A DNA stretch of 64,000 bases, taken from Daphnia carinata (Eukaryota). Of this stretch, positions 24,469-36,634 are shown piece by piece. The notes under the pieces were generated by a model. It ran no database searches and had not been told where the DNA came from. It was given only the letters and a program-made list of their open reading frames with translations. The position numbers were made by a program, and so were the translations under genes. The stretch's first letter is position 1, and each line of letters begins with the position of its first letter. The stretch spans positions 5,084,001 through 5,148,000 of the forward strand of contig NC_081333.1 of NCBI RefSeq assembly GCF_022539665.2, read 5' to 3'.

Positions 24469-25420
24469 TTACATTTGTGTTTCAAGAATCACCGTGCCGA
24501 CCGACGGTCCCGCACTCCTCCTGTAGAAACGGGCGAACGTGGACTCTCTAGACAACTGCCCTGCTCGCAAAATCGCATCCACGGCGACGCCGTTACGCAC
24601 TGCTTTAGACGCCACAGCACCTCTTGTAGAATGCGCCCCAAAAATAGCCGTGTTAACCCCTGCCAATCTTAGAAAGGTCTTAATCCATCTGCCGATAGTG
24701 TTGGCAGTCACGGGCATGTGTGGCGCTATAAGACCAATAAAAACTCTTCCGCTATTGGTCTCGTTCCTAAAAACCTGAGTGCGTTCAATTAAACTTTGCA
24801 AAGCTCGCACCGGACATAGTTTCTCGTCCGGGCAGGTTCCCACTGTTGTCGACTGAAGAGGCCCATTGCGTTGAGTCTTCCTTAACGACACTAAGGAAAC
24901 CCTAACATCCACGTTCGAAAAAGCAATCGAACTCAGGTCCATTGCGGCGATTTCCGACACTCTCATCAGGCACGCCAAAGCTAATAAGGTGACCGTCTTG
25001 TAGGCAAGAACTAACAGCGGCAAACATCGGTTCTCTTCTAGTGATGAAACGAAAGCGAAAACTTCGTCCGGATCCCACATCACGTTATATTTCGGCCTAG
25101 GCGGGTTCTGGTTGTAGCACCCCTTTAAACAGCTCGACCACCAGCGAATGCTTCCCCAAAGAAGACCCTTCCACGCTATCCAAAGTTTTCGAAAGCATGG
25201 AGCGATGAATATTTTGGGTGTTATAAGACTTGCCCGAGGCATGCAAGTCTGTCAAGAACTCCAGAACGTTCCTCAGGCCATTTGACAAGGGATCTTCATG
25301 CCACCCCACGCACCAATCCACCCAATTTCGCCACGCCGACTCATAGGCTGCGTTTGTATTGGGACGGCGTCCCGCCAAGAGTAGCCCGACCAGCTGCGGC
25401 GAAAAGCCTCGCCCTTCAAA
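24469..25420 (-). pseudogene. DIRS tyrosine recombinase (frameshift near 25125)
   Basis: N-domain YESAWRNWVDWC; catalytic LMRVSEI, RKT, LCPV, HSTRG and STFARFY. Confidence 0.9.
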
Positions 25421-26960
25421 CGGCCAAATGCTATTAATGCACAAAAAAATCGTCGGACACAGCCTCCAATCACTTGCGTCTACCGAGCGTGACTCTTCGT
25501 CGGCCTCCACGTTAAACCTACCAGCCAAGTGCACCGCTTCAACGGCAACCCCACGCTCTTCACACCAACCCGTCAATAACTTCGAGGTAACCGAAAGCGC
25601 TATCGATTTTGTACCTCCGCACTTGTTTATATACGCGACGGCCGTTGTGTTGTCCAGAAAAATGCGAATGGCTATATCCCTTGACGCCGCCGTAAACGAT
25701 TGAATAGCATAGAACGCCCCGATAAGCTCCAGCTCGTTTCTGTGCTTCGAAGTGTCAGATAGAGTCCAAGGACCCCCTGTCCTTACGCCATTGCAACATG
25801 CCCCCCAGTCAGAAAGCGACGCATCCGCACAAATTTCTAAGTCAGGCACTTTTGGGAAAAACAACCTGTCTTTCGACGCGTCTAGGTTGCAGACCCACCA
25901 CTTTAAATCCACTCGAGCCCCCTCAGACAAGATACAGCTCGCATTAAAGTCGAAAGTGAATTCCTTGGCCTGCTCAATATAAAAACGTTGCGTGCTTCGA
26001 TAATGCGATTGAGCAAAAGGGATCGACGGAATAGCCCAAGTAAAGTTCCCGAGAATAGAAGCAATCTCCCTGAGGGAAATTCTGTTTTTGTCTAACGCCG
26101 CTTGACACATGGCCTTTACCGATAAAAACCTTTTTAGTTGGTAGCGCAAAAGACATACGCTTAGAGTTAACCATTAAACTCAAATATTCTAAAATTTGGG
26201 TGGGTTTAAGCACCGACTTTGACCAGTTTAGCAGAAAACCTAGGCTTTGAATTAGTTCCACTACCCTTTCAATGTCCGTACGAAGGCCCTCCTTTGATGC
26301 ATTCATGATCAGAATGTCATCTAGATAGATTACTAGCCTAATACCCTCTCTACGCAACACGGCCATAACCACCTTGAGAAGCTTGGTGAACACTCTAGGA
26401 GCCGGTGCAAGCCCAAACGTTAAACAAGAAAACTGAAAAACACGACCTCTCCATAAGAAGCGCAAAAACTTATGGAAAGCAGGGTGGACCGGAACAGTCA
26501 AATAAGCGTCCTCCAAATCCAGCTTGACCATCCAGTATCCCTCCCGCAGCAAAAAACGCACCGCTTCCAAGTTCACCATCTTAAAGTGTTCGTATTGAAT
26601 ACACGTATTCAAGGGTTTTAAATTGACTATTTGGTCGAAACAATCCCTTAGATTTTTTGGGGACAGCAAAGAATGAATGCACACAACCCTCGGAACTATC
26701 AACCACTTCCACGATCGCTCGTTTTCTGATCAAGTCCCGAACTTCCTTGTCGCACACGATTGCCATCTGCTCCGACATAGAAACCGGAGGAGGAAGACCC
26801 CCTTGAATTGGTTCGGAAACGAAATCAATTTCAAAACCCCTCGAAACCGTTTGAAGAACCCAAACGTCGGTGGTAATTCGTTCCCAGTTCTTGGCAAAAA
26901 ATTTCAAACGCCCTCCGACATGAGAATGGCGGGGAACCGAAGAAAAAGGGATGACATACC
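25421..26960 (-). pseudogene. DIRS reverse transcriptase-RNase H (frameshifted)
   Basis: VGGRLKFFAKNW, KLDLEDAY, FGLAPAPRVFTK, YLDD, ADASLSDWGA, NELEL, DNTTAVAYINKCGGTKS. Confidence 0.9.
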
Positions 26961-28139
26961 TCTGTCCTAGCGCCCAAGTGCTTCTCAATCCGGTTCGACC
27001 CCGTCCATTCTGCGCCATGCGTCCACGTCCACGGCCACGTGCCGCACCCAGCGCTGGTCGCTGTGTCCTGGAAAAGACAAAAGCTGGACGCTCCATTGCT
27101 ACTCGTCTGGCACGTGGTCTCGACCGTTGCGTCGTGGGTTGTCTAGCCGCAGCCACCAAACCGTCTCTCTGGGCCAGAGTAGCGTCTTGCTTAGCCTCCT
27201 TTAGCATCGCTGTCAAAAATTTATCAGTGAAAAGGAGCTCGCGGGCCTCCTTTCCAACTGAAAAAATGTCCGAGTACAACAGCATAAATTCAGACTTGGG
27301 TTCCACCGCAGTGACAGCCGCTTGCCTTCTTAGCTTTGTAACGTGGAGATAGGCTCGTCCCCATTGTTGTAAGGCAGCTTCTACTGCGTCTCTTACTTGG
27401 GTGTCGACCTCCCCCTCACCGAGAGTGGAGAGGCGAGCATATAGGCTTATCAACGGGGGAGCCACATCCATAATTTTAAGTTGCGTCGTCATCAAAATGG
27501 CCTCGGTATTGTTGACCGACTTCATCACCTCCTTCTCTCTGGCTCGGCGCTGCATATAGCCGTCGAGTCTCGGCGGCTTAAGAGAGAAGTTGGAATCTTC
27601 AAACAATAAGAGGAACCGTCTAGAAATCGCCTTGGAAGAGGCTAGAAATTGCCTCTCCTTAGTCAAAAATAGCTTGTGATACCACAACGGGAGACTGAAC
27701 ATCTTCCGATCTGTTCGGCAGACTCCCTTCATCCGTCGAAGACGTAGGGCGTGAACTAGCGGAGCTCGGTAACCAAGAACGGCCTCGTTGTCCATCCAAA
27801 GCTTCGTCGTCCTCCAGCTGATCCTCACTAAATCCCGCCCGCTCCTCATGAGCTTGACTAGAGGTGGGAGACAAACTCGGTTGATGTGCCCGCTCTTCAT
27901 ATGGCCGACTGGGCAGGCGTTCACTGCTATACGTCGGACGACTACTCAACACTTCGACGCAACGGCGATCTATCACGCGGCAATTGAGCATGCTCAAAAA
28001 CCCTTAGTCTTTCCCGATGGGCCCTATCCCGATCGTGCAAGCGTAACTCCCCTAACTCTTCTCTCGTCAAGAATCTGTTGGCCCTAGCATCCAGCGAACT
28101 GCCAGGCCGGCCGTTATCGTAACCACCTTGAGCCGACAT
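26961..28139 (-). pseudogene. DIRS gag-like ORF1 (frameshifted)
   Basis: Position upstream of RT; helical core followed by an RG-rich tail (ARGRGRGR). Confidence 0.65.
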
Positions 28140-28334
28140 CTTTACAGAACGAGACCTAAAATATGTCTGAATGTATGGGCGGCTTAGACCGCGTGCAGGG
28201 GGAAGAGGGAGAAAGAAAAAAAAAAGGGGGGAGTTTTCCCTTTTCTTTTGGTTTTTCTTTTTCTCTTTGAAGTTTAGCTAAAACAAATGTGTCTACACCC
28301 TTAGGGTCTAGCGAAATGTTTTTCGCTACACAAT

Positions 28335-28410
28335 CACATACGGTCGCTTCAAAGGCATGCGTTTCCAGTCCATAAAGGCATAGTAGTAAAACAAATGGAA
28401 ATGACGACAT
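28335..28410 (-). pseudogene. env: env of element C, N-terminal signal peptide
   Basis: MSSFPFVLLLCLYGLETHAFEATVCD versus MSPFPFLLLLCLYGLQSQAFDVTVCD in A. Confidence 0.9.
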
Positions 28411-28420
28411 TTCTACATAT

Positions 28421-31400
28421 TTTAACAACTCTGGGTTAAGGTTCGTTTATTGGACTCACTTCACAAGATACAGCACTAAACACAGGTTACAAATCAATCG
28501 ACTATCGAACAACTATTGAACAACTACGCAATGAATGTCTACTTGACTACTGTTCAACTACTAACTAACCTAACTACTGTAAAGCATCTCCTCTGTGAGA
28601 AGACGTACTTTACGGAATTAAGACAAATTGAAATGAATCGAACTCGGAGGCGATTTACCCACACGATGATTTATATTTATCCAAGTAGGGCCAAGCGGTA
28701 CAGAAGTCGGTTTGGGATAGGACAAAAGGAGTCAGACTAAAAGAAGAGAAGTCGGAGTGTAATATGATACTGTAGTATAAGCTTACCGCGGTGGCTTGAG
28801 CGGAGCACGGGCGAGGATATAAGAGAAGACGGCGTTAACAGGAGTTCGTCGCCACGTGGGTAAACAATATGGGTGAACTGAACACTCAGGCAAGCACGTG
28901 ACACAGCTCAATTCACTTGCACAGATTTATCAATGGGGGAGCACTAGCTGAACTTGAACTCCACCTGTAAGAGTCAGAGGCTCATCGACGACTGAACTTA
29001 CTCAGATCTTAGTTCACCACGAAACCTCGCATATTGCACAACAATTAACAACTGCGCAATTACATGTCGCAAGTAATGAAATTTGATACATTAAGTTGAT
29101 GGTGCAATACAGATCAACGCATGAGCAGCCAATCACAATTGTTGCTAAGCGGCAAGGTGCCGATGTAATATAATACTCTACTGCGCAGTTTATATGGCGT
29201 AACACATGAGTCATACATAAAGAATAAACGGGAAGGCATATCGAATAAAAACATTTATTTGCTTCTTTACACTACTAACTACCAACTACTACTCGGACTT
29301 GTCAGAGTCGGGCTTTTAAGGCTCCCGAAATCCGGCCAGAGCGGCAATGCTAGCCAACGCCTGACTTGCAGATCGCCTATCATCATGCGATAGGCGACAA
29401 AGTCCATTGGCGCTGCATCCTCCCTCCTACCTACAAGCATGGGATGTCTGAAATGTTGACAACCCCAAACGGAAAGGGTACAAAACTACATATTTTATTT
29501 CTACTGGTTCGGCCAACATTCAGCTGGCCAAAGAGCCTTCATTTACTAATGTAACGAATCGACCAGCGAAGCCCCTTCTTACCTTCCTTCTCAAATAGAC
29601 TAGAATCTTATACCTGTAGCCCCTTGTTACTCAGAGCCTTCATCTACTAACCTAGTTTAAAAAGCCCCTTACGAATATAAAAATAATGAAGACATGTCTG
29701 GGCACGCTGGCTAAAAATAGAACATGTCTGGGCACGCTGGCTAAAAATAGATTTATTTCGGTTGGTCTGAGGTTGCCCGAAATGGCCTAAAGCCGCCGGA
29801 CCGAATTTCAGCTATCGTCCAATTTCGTCCGATACCGCCCGAATTTACCCGCCTATGCCTCTCCATTGAGCCCAAAATCGCCCGATACCGCCCGATATTG
29901 CCTCGTATCCTTTAACACTGTCCCGTACGGCTCTCACGGTCGATGGCTAACATATAAGAAGCCATCGACAACTCGCAATAGTTAGTCGCCCCTGGAAGAA
30001 CTATCTCGTGTAGACCTTCAGCATCCTTTTGAACCGCTACCTCATCCTCTCCTGCTGAAGCGTAAGTCTTTCTCTTAGCAATATTCGCTATTTGCCTTAG
30101 CTATCCCTTAGTGGTGTAAGCCCAAGTAAATTGATGCGTAATCGTAGGCCTTTGCCCCTGATCTGCTCATTCGATTGTCTACTGGTGGTCTCTTAATACA
30201 CGTATTCTTTCACGCACGTATTGTCTTACCTTTATTTGTACACGACATTGTGAGTAGCAGCGCCGCAACTAGTTTTATTCTTCAGTATTGGAGGCAACAT
30301 GACAGCGTCGTGTCCTCCTTTACACTAAGGCTACTTCGTGTTCGGTAACGAAGTTCTTTTCGCCTTTTCCATCATCGATGCTCTTCCTTCTCGACTGCCC
30401 TCTTTCCTTCTCCAGCTCATCCCTCAGCTCCTGTATCTGCCGCTGGAGCTCTTGCATCCTGTCAAGGCCTACTGCCCCGATGGGAGCTTTTTCATTCTCC
30501 CGGCGTGCATCTTCATAGCCTCTTTCCTAGGCCGTTTTTACCGCATCTGCATGAAGTCTTGCTTTTTCGAGAAACTCCTCGCAGGTCGTGATTCCTAGCA
30601 CATACAGTGTCTCGTAAAGTGCTGGGCTTAACCCCCTGAACAGGTGGTCAATGGACACTTTTTCCGCCATATCTTCCTCCTCAGCCAGAAAAGGGTCCTA
30701 AGCTAGTTCCTCTTCCTGGGCTATGGATTGCCGCCTTGGTGAATTCCCAACACTGGATCCACTTGTTTCTGGCCTGACCAACACCGCTGTATGCGGCGTG
30801 CTAGACGCCCTAGGTCGTAGGCCTTCGTGCGGGCTTCTTCTTTCCAAGTCCACATCTCGCTCTTCCGCTGCGTCATGTTCTTCCGTCGACAGCTGTCTGC
30901 TGTCGGCACCCGACGATCTCTCGGTGATGCCAGTGGTGTCGGCTTCCACACCAACCGCGTCTCTCATGTCGACAGTGCCTTCCGCTTGCACTGACACTGG
31001 ACGCGCCCCTTCCTTGTTTTCGGTCACCGTCTCTCGCGTTTCACACGAGTTCGTTTCGATAATCTGCCGAGCTCGCGACCCTTGATCGCTGCTAACGGCC
31101 CCCGCCTTTCGCCGCCTACTTTCCGCCGGAATGGCTTATATTACGATCGTTTCCTGGCTTACAGGCCCTGTTACTCGCGGGATGAAATGACGCAGCGTCG
31201 TCTACCTCCAGTCGTCGCGTATGCGATTTCTGGTCTCGGTTGACCCTCCGCTCTTCCTGTCGTTTCTCTCCTCCCGCTTCGGCTCGTGTGTCGACCTCGC
31301 TCCCAACCCCACGAGCACCCTCGAGATGCTCGTGCGCCGCCGTCGGCTCGAATCCTCCTCTTCCCGAAGCACACCTGGCTTCCTGTCTCTCTGACACCTG

Positions 31401-32221
31401 GCGACTCTGAGTATCCACGAATTCCTCACCCTGTGCTTCGGAATCCAACTCAAACTGCGTCAGGTCAGGGAAATCTCCTCGTTGGGACGTCTCACCGGTC
31501 ACCCACGTACCTTTGCGCCCGAAAGTGAGCTCACTCACCTCGCCAGGGGGGCCTCTCGACCGCCCATTAGATCGCACTGATGTTGCACCTGCCTCCTGAA
31601 ATCTCGTTGAAGCTCGCGCCGCTGCACTTAGAGGTGTCGCCGGCCTGAAACCCGTGTAATAGATTTGAATCTCCTTCGCCGCCTCTTCAGCTGCTCTTCG
31701 ACGACCACTTTCCCCAGCGTCTGAAATCACACCTCTCCCGTGTAACATCCAAAAGAGGACACACTGCGACTCACTGCCAATCACACGTTCTCTCATACCG
31801 TTGTTGTGGCCTCGTGCCCAACAATAAATTGCCGAGTTCGACTTCCAGAGACCCCTCACAACAAACGCCTACCTGAGTTAAGCATGCAGTTGACCAGGTA
31901 AGAACGCAGGAGCATCTCCACCATGTAACTACTCTGGGTTAAGGTTCGTTTATTGGACTCACTTCACAAGATACAGCATTAAACACAGATTACAACTCAA
32001 TCGACTATCGAACAACTATTGCACAACTATGCAATGAATGTCTACTTGACTACTGTTCAACTACTAACTAACCTAACTACTAACTACCAACTACTACTCT
32101 GACTTGTCAGAGTTGGGCTTTTAAGGCTCCCGCATCCGGCCAGATCGGCAATGCTAGCCAACGCCTGACTTGCAGATCGCCTATCATCATGCGATGGGCG
32201 ACAATATCCATTGGCGCTACA
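28421..32221 (-). mobile_element. Internally deleted (pol-less) Gypsy element D
   Basis: LTRs 31924-32221 and 28421-29417 (the latter split by a solo LTR), ATAT TSD (28417-20 and 32222-25), tRNA-Ala PBS TGGTGGAGATGC, PPT AGGAGGGAGGA, gag remnant IDHLFRG..LYETLYVLGITTCEEFLEKARLH near 30550-30660. Confidence 0.88.
28578..29271 (-). mobile_element. Solo LTR related to the LTR of element A
   Basis: TGTAAAGCATCTCC...TTTACA with blocks shared with 10926-11735; CTAC TSD at 28574-77 and 29272-75. Confidence 0.9.
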
Positions 32222-32864
32222 ATATGTCAGAAATAGTAAAAGAACCATACATAAGAAAAATGGCCAAAAATATTCTACGTCGATATTGGTTTTTTTTTAA
32301 TTTATATATTTTTTTATATTTTTGATTATATATATATATTTGAAATAAAATAAAAGGAAAGGTAAGACGAGAAAAGGAAGTAAAAGTGAAAAGTTATCCG
32401 ACGGCTTTTGAAAGGTCAACATTTTTTCCCGTCGGCTTTTCAGTAGCTGCGCTACGGCAAGAGATTGGAAATAAAAGGACACCGCACTATAACTGTGTTT
32501 TCGGGAATAAGGAAAAATAATTTTAATCGAAAAAGATATCGTTGGAAAGAGGAGAAGACGCTCGTATTTATCAAAAAGAAAGAATTGAAAAAGATTGATT
32601 CACTTAGCTATGCGGAGAAGAAAAGAAACGTGTGAAATTTCACGGCGGAAAAAGTCCGTGCGTGAAAGGTCAAACTCAGATTTTCGTTTTTTTTTCTAAG
32701 TCCAACTCAGGGAAAAAGGGACTTGGCTAGAAACGGAGGGAAAAGAAAGTGAAATATGAACAGGAGGGCGGGGCTAACGCGCCTTGAGGGGAACAAGGAA
32801 TTTTCAGCGTACGAATGCAAGTGGAAGGCAAGGCTTGTTAGTTGCCCTCCGGCAAAAAAAGGGA

Positions 32865-33115
32865 GCAAGAATATTTTTCTCCACTTAGTTCGAAGTGTTG
32901 GAACGCTTCAGCATTCAAGCAAAGAAAGTGAAAGGAAGTGTGAAAGAGAGCTGATAAAAGTCAACGAAAAAAATATATTTCTTAGCTCGCTGCAAAGTGT
33001 TGGGGCAGTTTCAGTGTGGAAGAAGAAAGAAAGGTGAAGGAAGTGTGAAAAGGAGCTGACAAAAGTCAACGAAAGAAAATATATTCCCTCACTTACTGCG
33101 AAGTGTTGGAATAGC
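32865..33115. repeat. Diverged tandem repeats (about 105-bp unit) in the pol-env spacer of C
   Basis: GAAGTGTGAAA..GAGCTGA.AAAAGTCAACGAAA...AAGTGTTGG recurs 2-3 times. Confidence 0.65.
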
Positions 33116-33989
33116 TACAGTGTTCAACAGGAAAGAAAAGTAAAAAGAAGTGGGAAAACGAGAGACGCGGACAACAATCTGGGCGTTGGCTACATCTAAT
33201 AAGGAGACATATAGAAAAAGTGACTTGGAGGTGTAGGGAAAAGAAGTTTTGTGTGTGCAAAATACTTTTGTGCGTTTAAAAAGAAGTACGAAGAAAAGTT
33301 TTGTTCCTAACACATTGATAGTTTTTTTATGTTTTGTGTTATTGTTGTTAATGTAATGGAATGAAGATATAATAAAATGCTCTAAACTACTTTAAGTATT
33401 ATGATTGTTAATAATGTTACACTTTAATAAAAATGGAACACGGAATTTTCATAGTTTATTATTTCGAATGAAGGCATGTTGCAAAACGCATTAATTTTTT
33501 AACATTGTATAATATGGGTGAAAACATATTTCAGGTCAAGAACCCTTTTTTTTCACATTGGTGTATGAGACAGAAAATTAAAGTGAGTAATAGAAGTATA
33601 AAGATTATTAAAGAATATTACATTGATAATAATAAAACAAGAAAACGTAAAACATACATAATTTTTCATTCATTTCATCATTTCAAAACATACGTTAATC
33701 ATTCTCTTATCCATTCTCAATGAACTTTTTTTATCAGATGGTTTTCGTTTTTTTATATACATACGTCATGACGAATGACTACCTTTATATTTGTTCCTTT
33801 TTTTTTTTTAATTTACGCGATAAGCATAAAACCGAACATGTTCTACTAAAATTGAGTAAGGTATGTAAAAATAGCGAGTATAGAGGGTTAATAATTGTAT
33901 AATCCGGCTGAGATTTGTTAGAATGGGTTAATTGACTAATAGCTTTACAGAGCTCATCTTCTGACTACTTCTCGCAGATAAAGTTAATA

Positions 33990-35107
33990 TTTTGTCCTGT
34001 TTGAGTACTAGCTATCTTTAAACGTGACAAACAGTCGGCATTTTGGTGAATACGGCCAGGCCTATACTTTAATTCATAATTCGTCGCAGCTAATAGTATA
34101 GCCCAGCGTCCTCATCTCCCGTTACTATCTTTTTGATTCTTAAGCCACTGTAATGGACGATGGTCACTAATAATTTCAAATGGCTTATCCAAAAGATAAT
34201 GTCTAAAGTGTTTAATCGCATCAATCACTGCTAAAGCTTCTTTTTCTGTTGTGGCGTATTTCATCTCAGATTTTGTTAATAGTCTACTAGAATATGCTAT
34301 CGGATGTTCGTGGCCATTTTGTATCTCGAAAGCACCGCTCCTATTCCAGACTCACATGCGTCTGTGAAAAGTAAAAATTTTTCATTGAAATTGGGGTAAA
34401 CTAATACTGGGGGCGTAACTAGAAAAGTTCGTAATTTATCAAAGGCAGCTTGCTCCTCCGTACCCCAAACAAAAGGTTTTCTGCTAAGGTCTTTATGAGT
34501 TATTCTGGTCAATGGCTTAGCTATTGATCAAAAATTTTGAATAAATCTCCTATAGTATCCGGCTAATCCAAAAAATGATCTCACTTCGTCTACAGAAGAA
34601 GGTGTTTTATAATTCCCTTTTTTATCAATTTTCTCTGGATCTGGCTTAATCCCTTCAGTCGAAATGACATGGCCCAAATAATTTACCGATCGTTTAATAA
34701 ATTGGCATTTTTTAAATTTTAAATTAGCTTCTTTTAATAATTGAAAAATTTCCCGAATATCCCTTAATGTTCCTCGAAATTATCTGAAGATTATTACATC
34801 ATCCAAATAAACTAATGCCTTACTTCCCAAAACGTCTTTCAGTACATAATTCATTAGTCTTTGAAAGGTGGCAGGTGCATTGCACAAGCCAAATGCCATA
34901 CGTTTAAATTCGTAAAGATTATTTTCTACAACAAATGCTGTTTTTTCAATAGCTGGTTCATCTACCTGAATTTGCCAATAGCCAGAAGCTAAATCGAGAG
35001 TAGTGAAAAATTTCTTCCCATACAATTTCCAATGTTTCATCTATCCTTGGCATAAGAAACGAATCTTTCTTTGTGATACTATTTAATTTTCGATAATCTA
35101 CGCAAAA
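33990..35107 (-). pseudogene. pol: RT/RNase H remnant of element C
   Basis: Strong similarity to 5870-6990 of A (TTLDLASGYWQIQVDEP, YLDD, LSRKPF, FTDAC). Confidence 0.92.
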
Positions 35108-36634
35108 TATGACCCCCGTTTTATGCTAATTTAACGCATAAGAACAACCATTTTGAAAAAGGCGCGTATGCCGTGATTCATTAAATTAGTTACCATGGAG
35201 ACGAGACTTCCCGAATCTGTCTCTCGTAGCCTAGTGCAAAAACAATTTGTAGTAGATTTGTTAAAATTTTGGCTTTGCTTGCCGGCAATTTGTCTCACTC
35301 CTTAGTGATTCGAGACACGAGCTTATTCATGTCTCGTATCCATGGTAACGTCTACCGCATTTTTTCCCGCATTTTCCCATATTCTAACATAACCCACCAA
35401 ACTACTAAGTAACTTAGCTATACGTTGATAGGAGGCATTTTTTTTAAAGGGGGGTAGTCGGATTTTTTTGGAACATACTGTACTCTTACTGATGGCTTTT
35501 TTGCTGAAGCAAAATCCTATAGTAAGAAAGGAATCCTCTTTTAGTCTTATTCAATAGCACTTATATTCGAATTATTACCTAATCCATCAGTAAGCTTATG
35601 TAGTCCCTTGTTCGTTCCCTCGTCATGAATCTTGTAGGATGGCTCCGTCGGTTCCTCATACGATGATTGCTACCAAAAACGTTTAGTTAATAAAATACTA
35701 AGACATGTTGCGATAAAGAAGAAATATATACCTCCATTGTCGATTCACTGGTTCGGCAAATGTTTCTCTTCTTCCATCGCTTGCATAGGATCTCCTTGGG
35801 ATTGCAGCTTCTGGAGACAGGTTTAGTAGGATGTTGCAGATCGATTGATGCTGAGGTTGGGCCATGCGTTTTCGTCGTGGTGGTGGAACTGGAGGAGTTG
35901 ACCTAAGAAGAGGAGACAACATAAAAAGAACAGGAGACACAACAAGACTCACCAAGGGTGACATTGTCAACGGAGAAAGTGGGGAGGTTGGAGAAGACGG
36001 AGTTGCTGGACGACGCGGAAAATTAGTCTGAGGAGACGTGCGAGGAGTGGATCGCTGTCGTGGTGATGAGGGACGACGTGGAGAAGCTGGAACTAGAGGC
36101 TTTTTCTTGTCTACGTGTGAAGAGTCGAAAATGCTCCTTTGCTTCAGCAATCTTTTAGGATGACCACCTTCAGAACCAGCAGCAACAGCTACATCGCCTT
36201 TGGATCCCCCAGCTACTTCACCATCAACATCCGCTACATCTTGGGTGGAACCTTGGACTACACTACCACTAGAACACATGGCGCACCGATAAAAGTTGCT
36301 GAACTCCTTCCATCAAGGCAAAACACCTTTATGGAAGGTAACACCCCAACAAAAACGATGGACAGGAACGTGGCAGCCAAGGCAAACGCAGAATTGTTTC
36401 CGGCCGATAACACTGGTTTTCATCCCGAACACTGAAAGCGAGCAGAAGACATGGTAATGGTAAGTGCTAGAGCGAAGTCTAAGACGAACTATTAAAGTTG
36501 TATGGTATTATTGTGTCCATATATATAGTCTGCCAAAAAGGGGAGGAGCCAAACGTTATTACACCTCTCGGCAAATAGGAAGGAAGCACTTCTTGCTGTT
36601 GCGGTGAGTGAAGATTACCTGGATTTACGTAAAG

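Larger units (their letters stand above)
23579..28334 (-). mobile_element. DIRS1-type tyrosine-recombinase retrotransposon inserted in env of C
   Basis: Inverted terminal repeats (23658-23817 and 28159-28308), internal complementary region 24324-24448, gag-RT-RH-YR, and ACAAT at both junctions. Confidence 0.95.

Noticed and set aside
24469..25242. Phage integrase or bacterial contamination
   Set aside because: The recombinase is embedded in a complete DIRS structure.
29692..29751. Direct repeats as a CRISPR-like array (also 19295-19412 and 55500-55628)
   Set aside because: Head-to-tail duplications with no unique spacers, no cas genes, and a eukaryotic context.
31116..31859. 247-aa ORF as an independent gene
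   Set aside because: Low-complexity, degenerate 5' gag-region sequence of element D.
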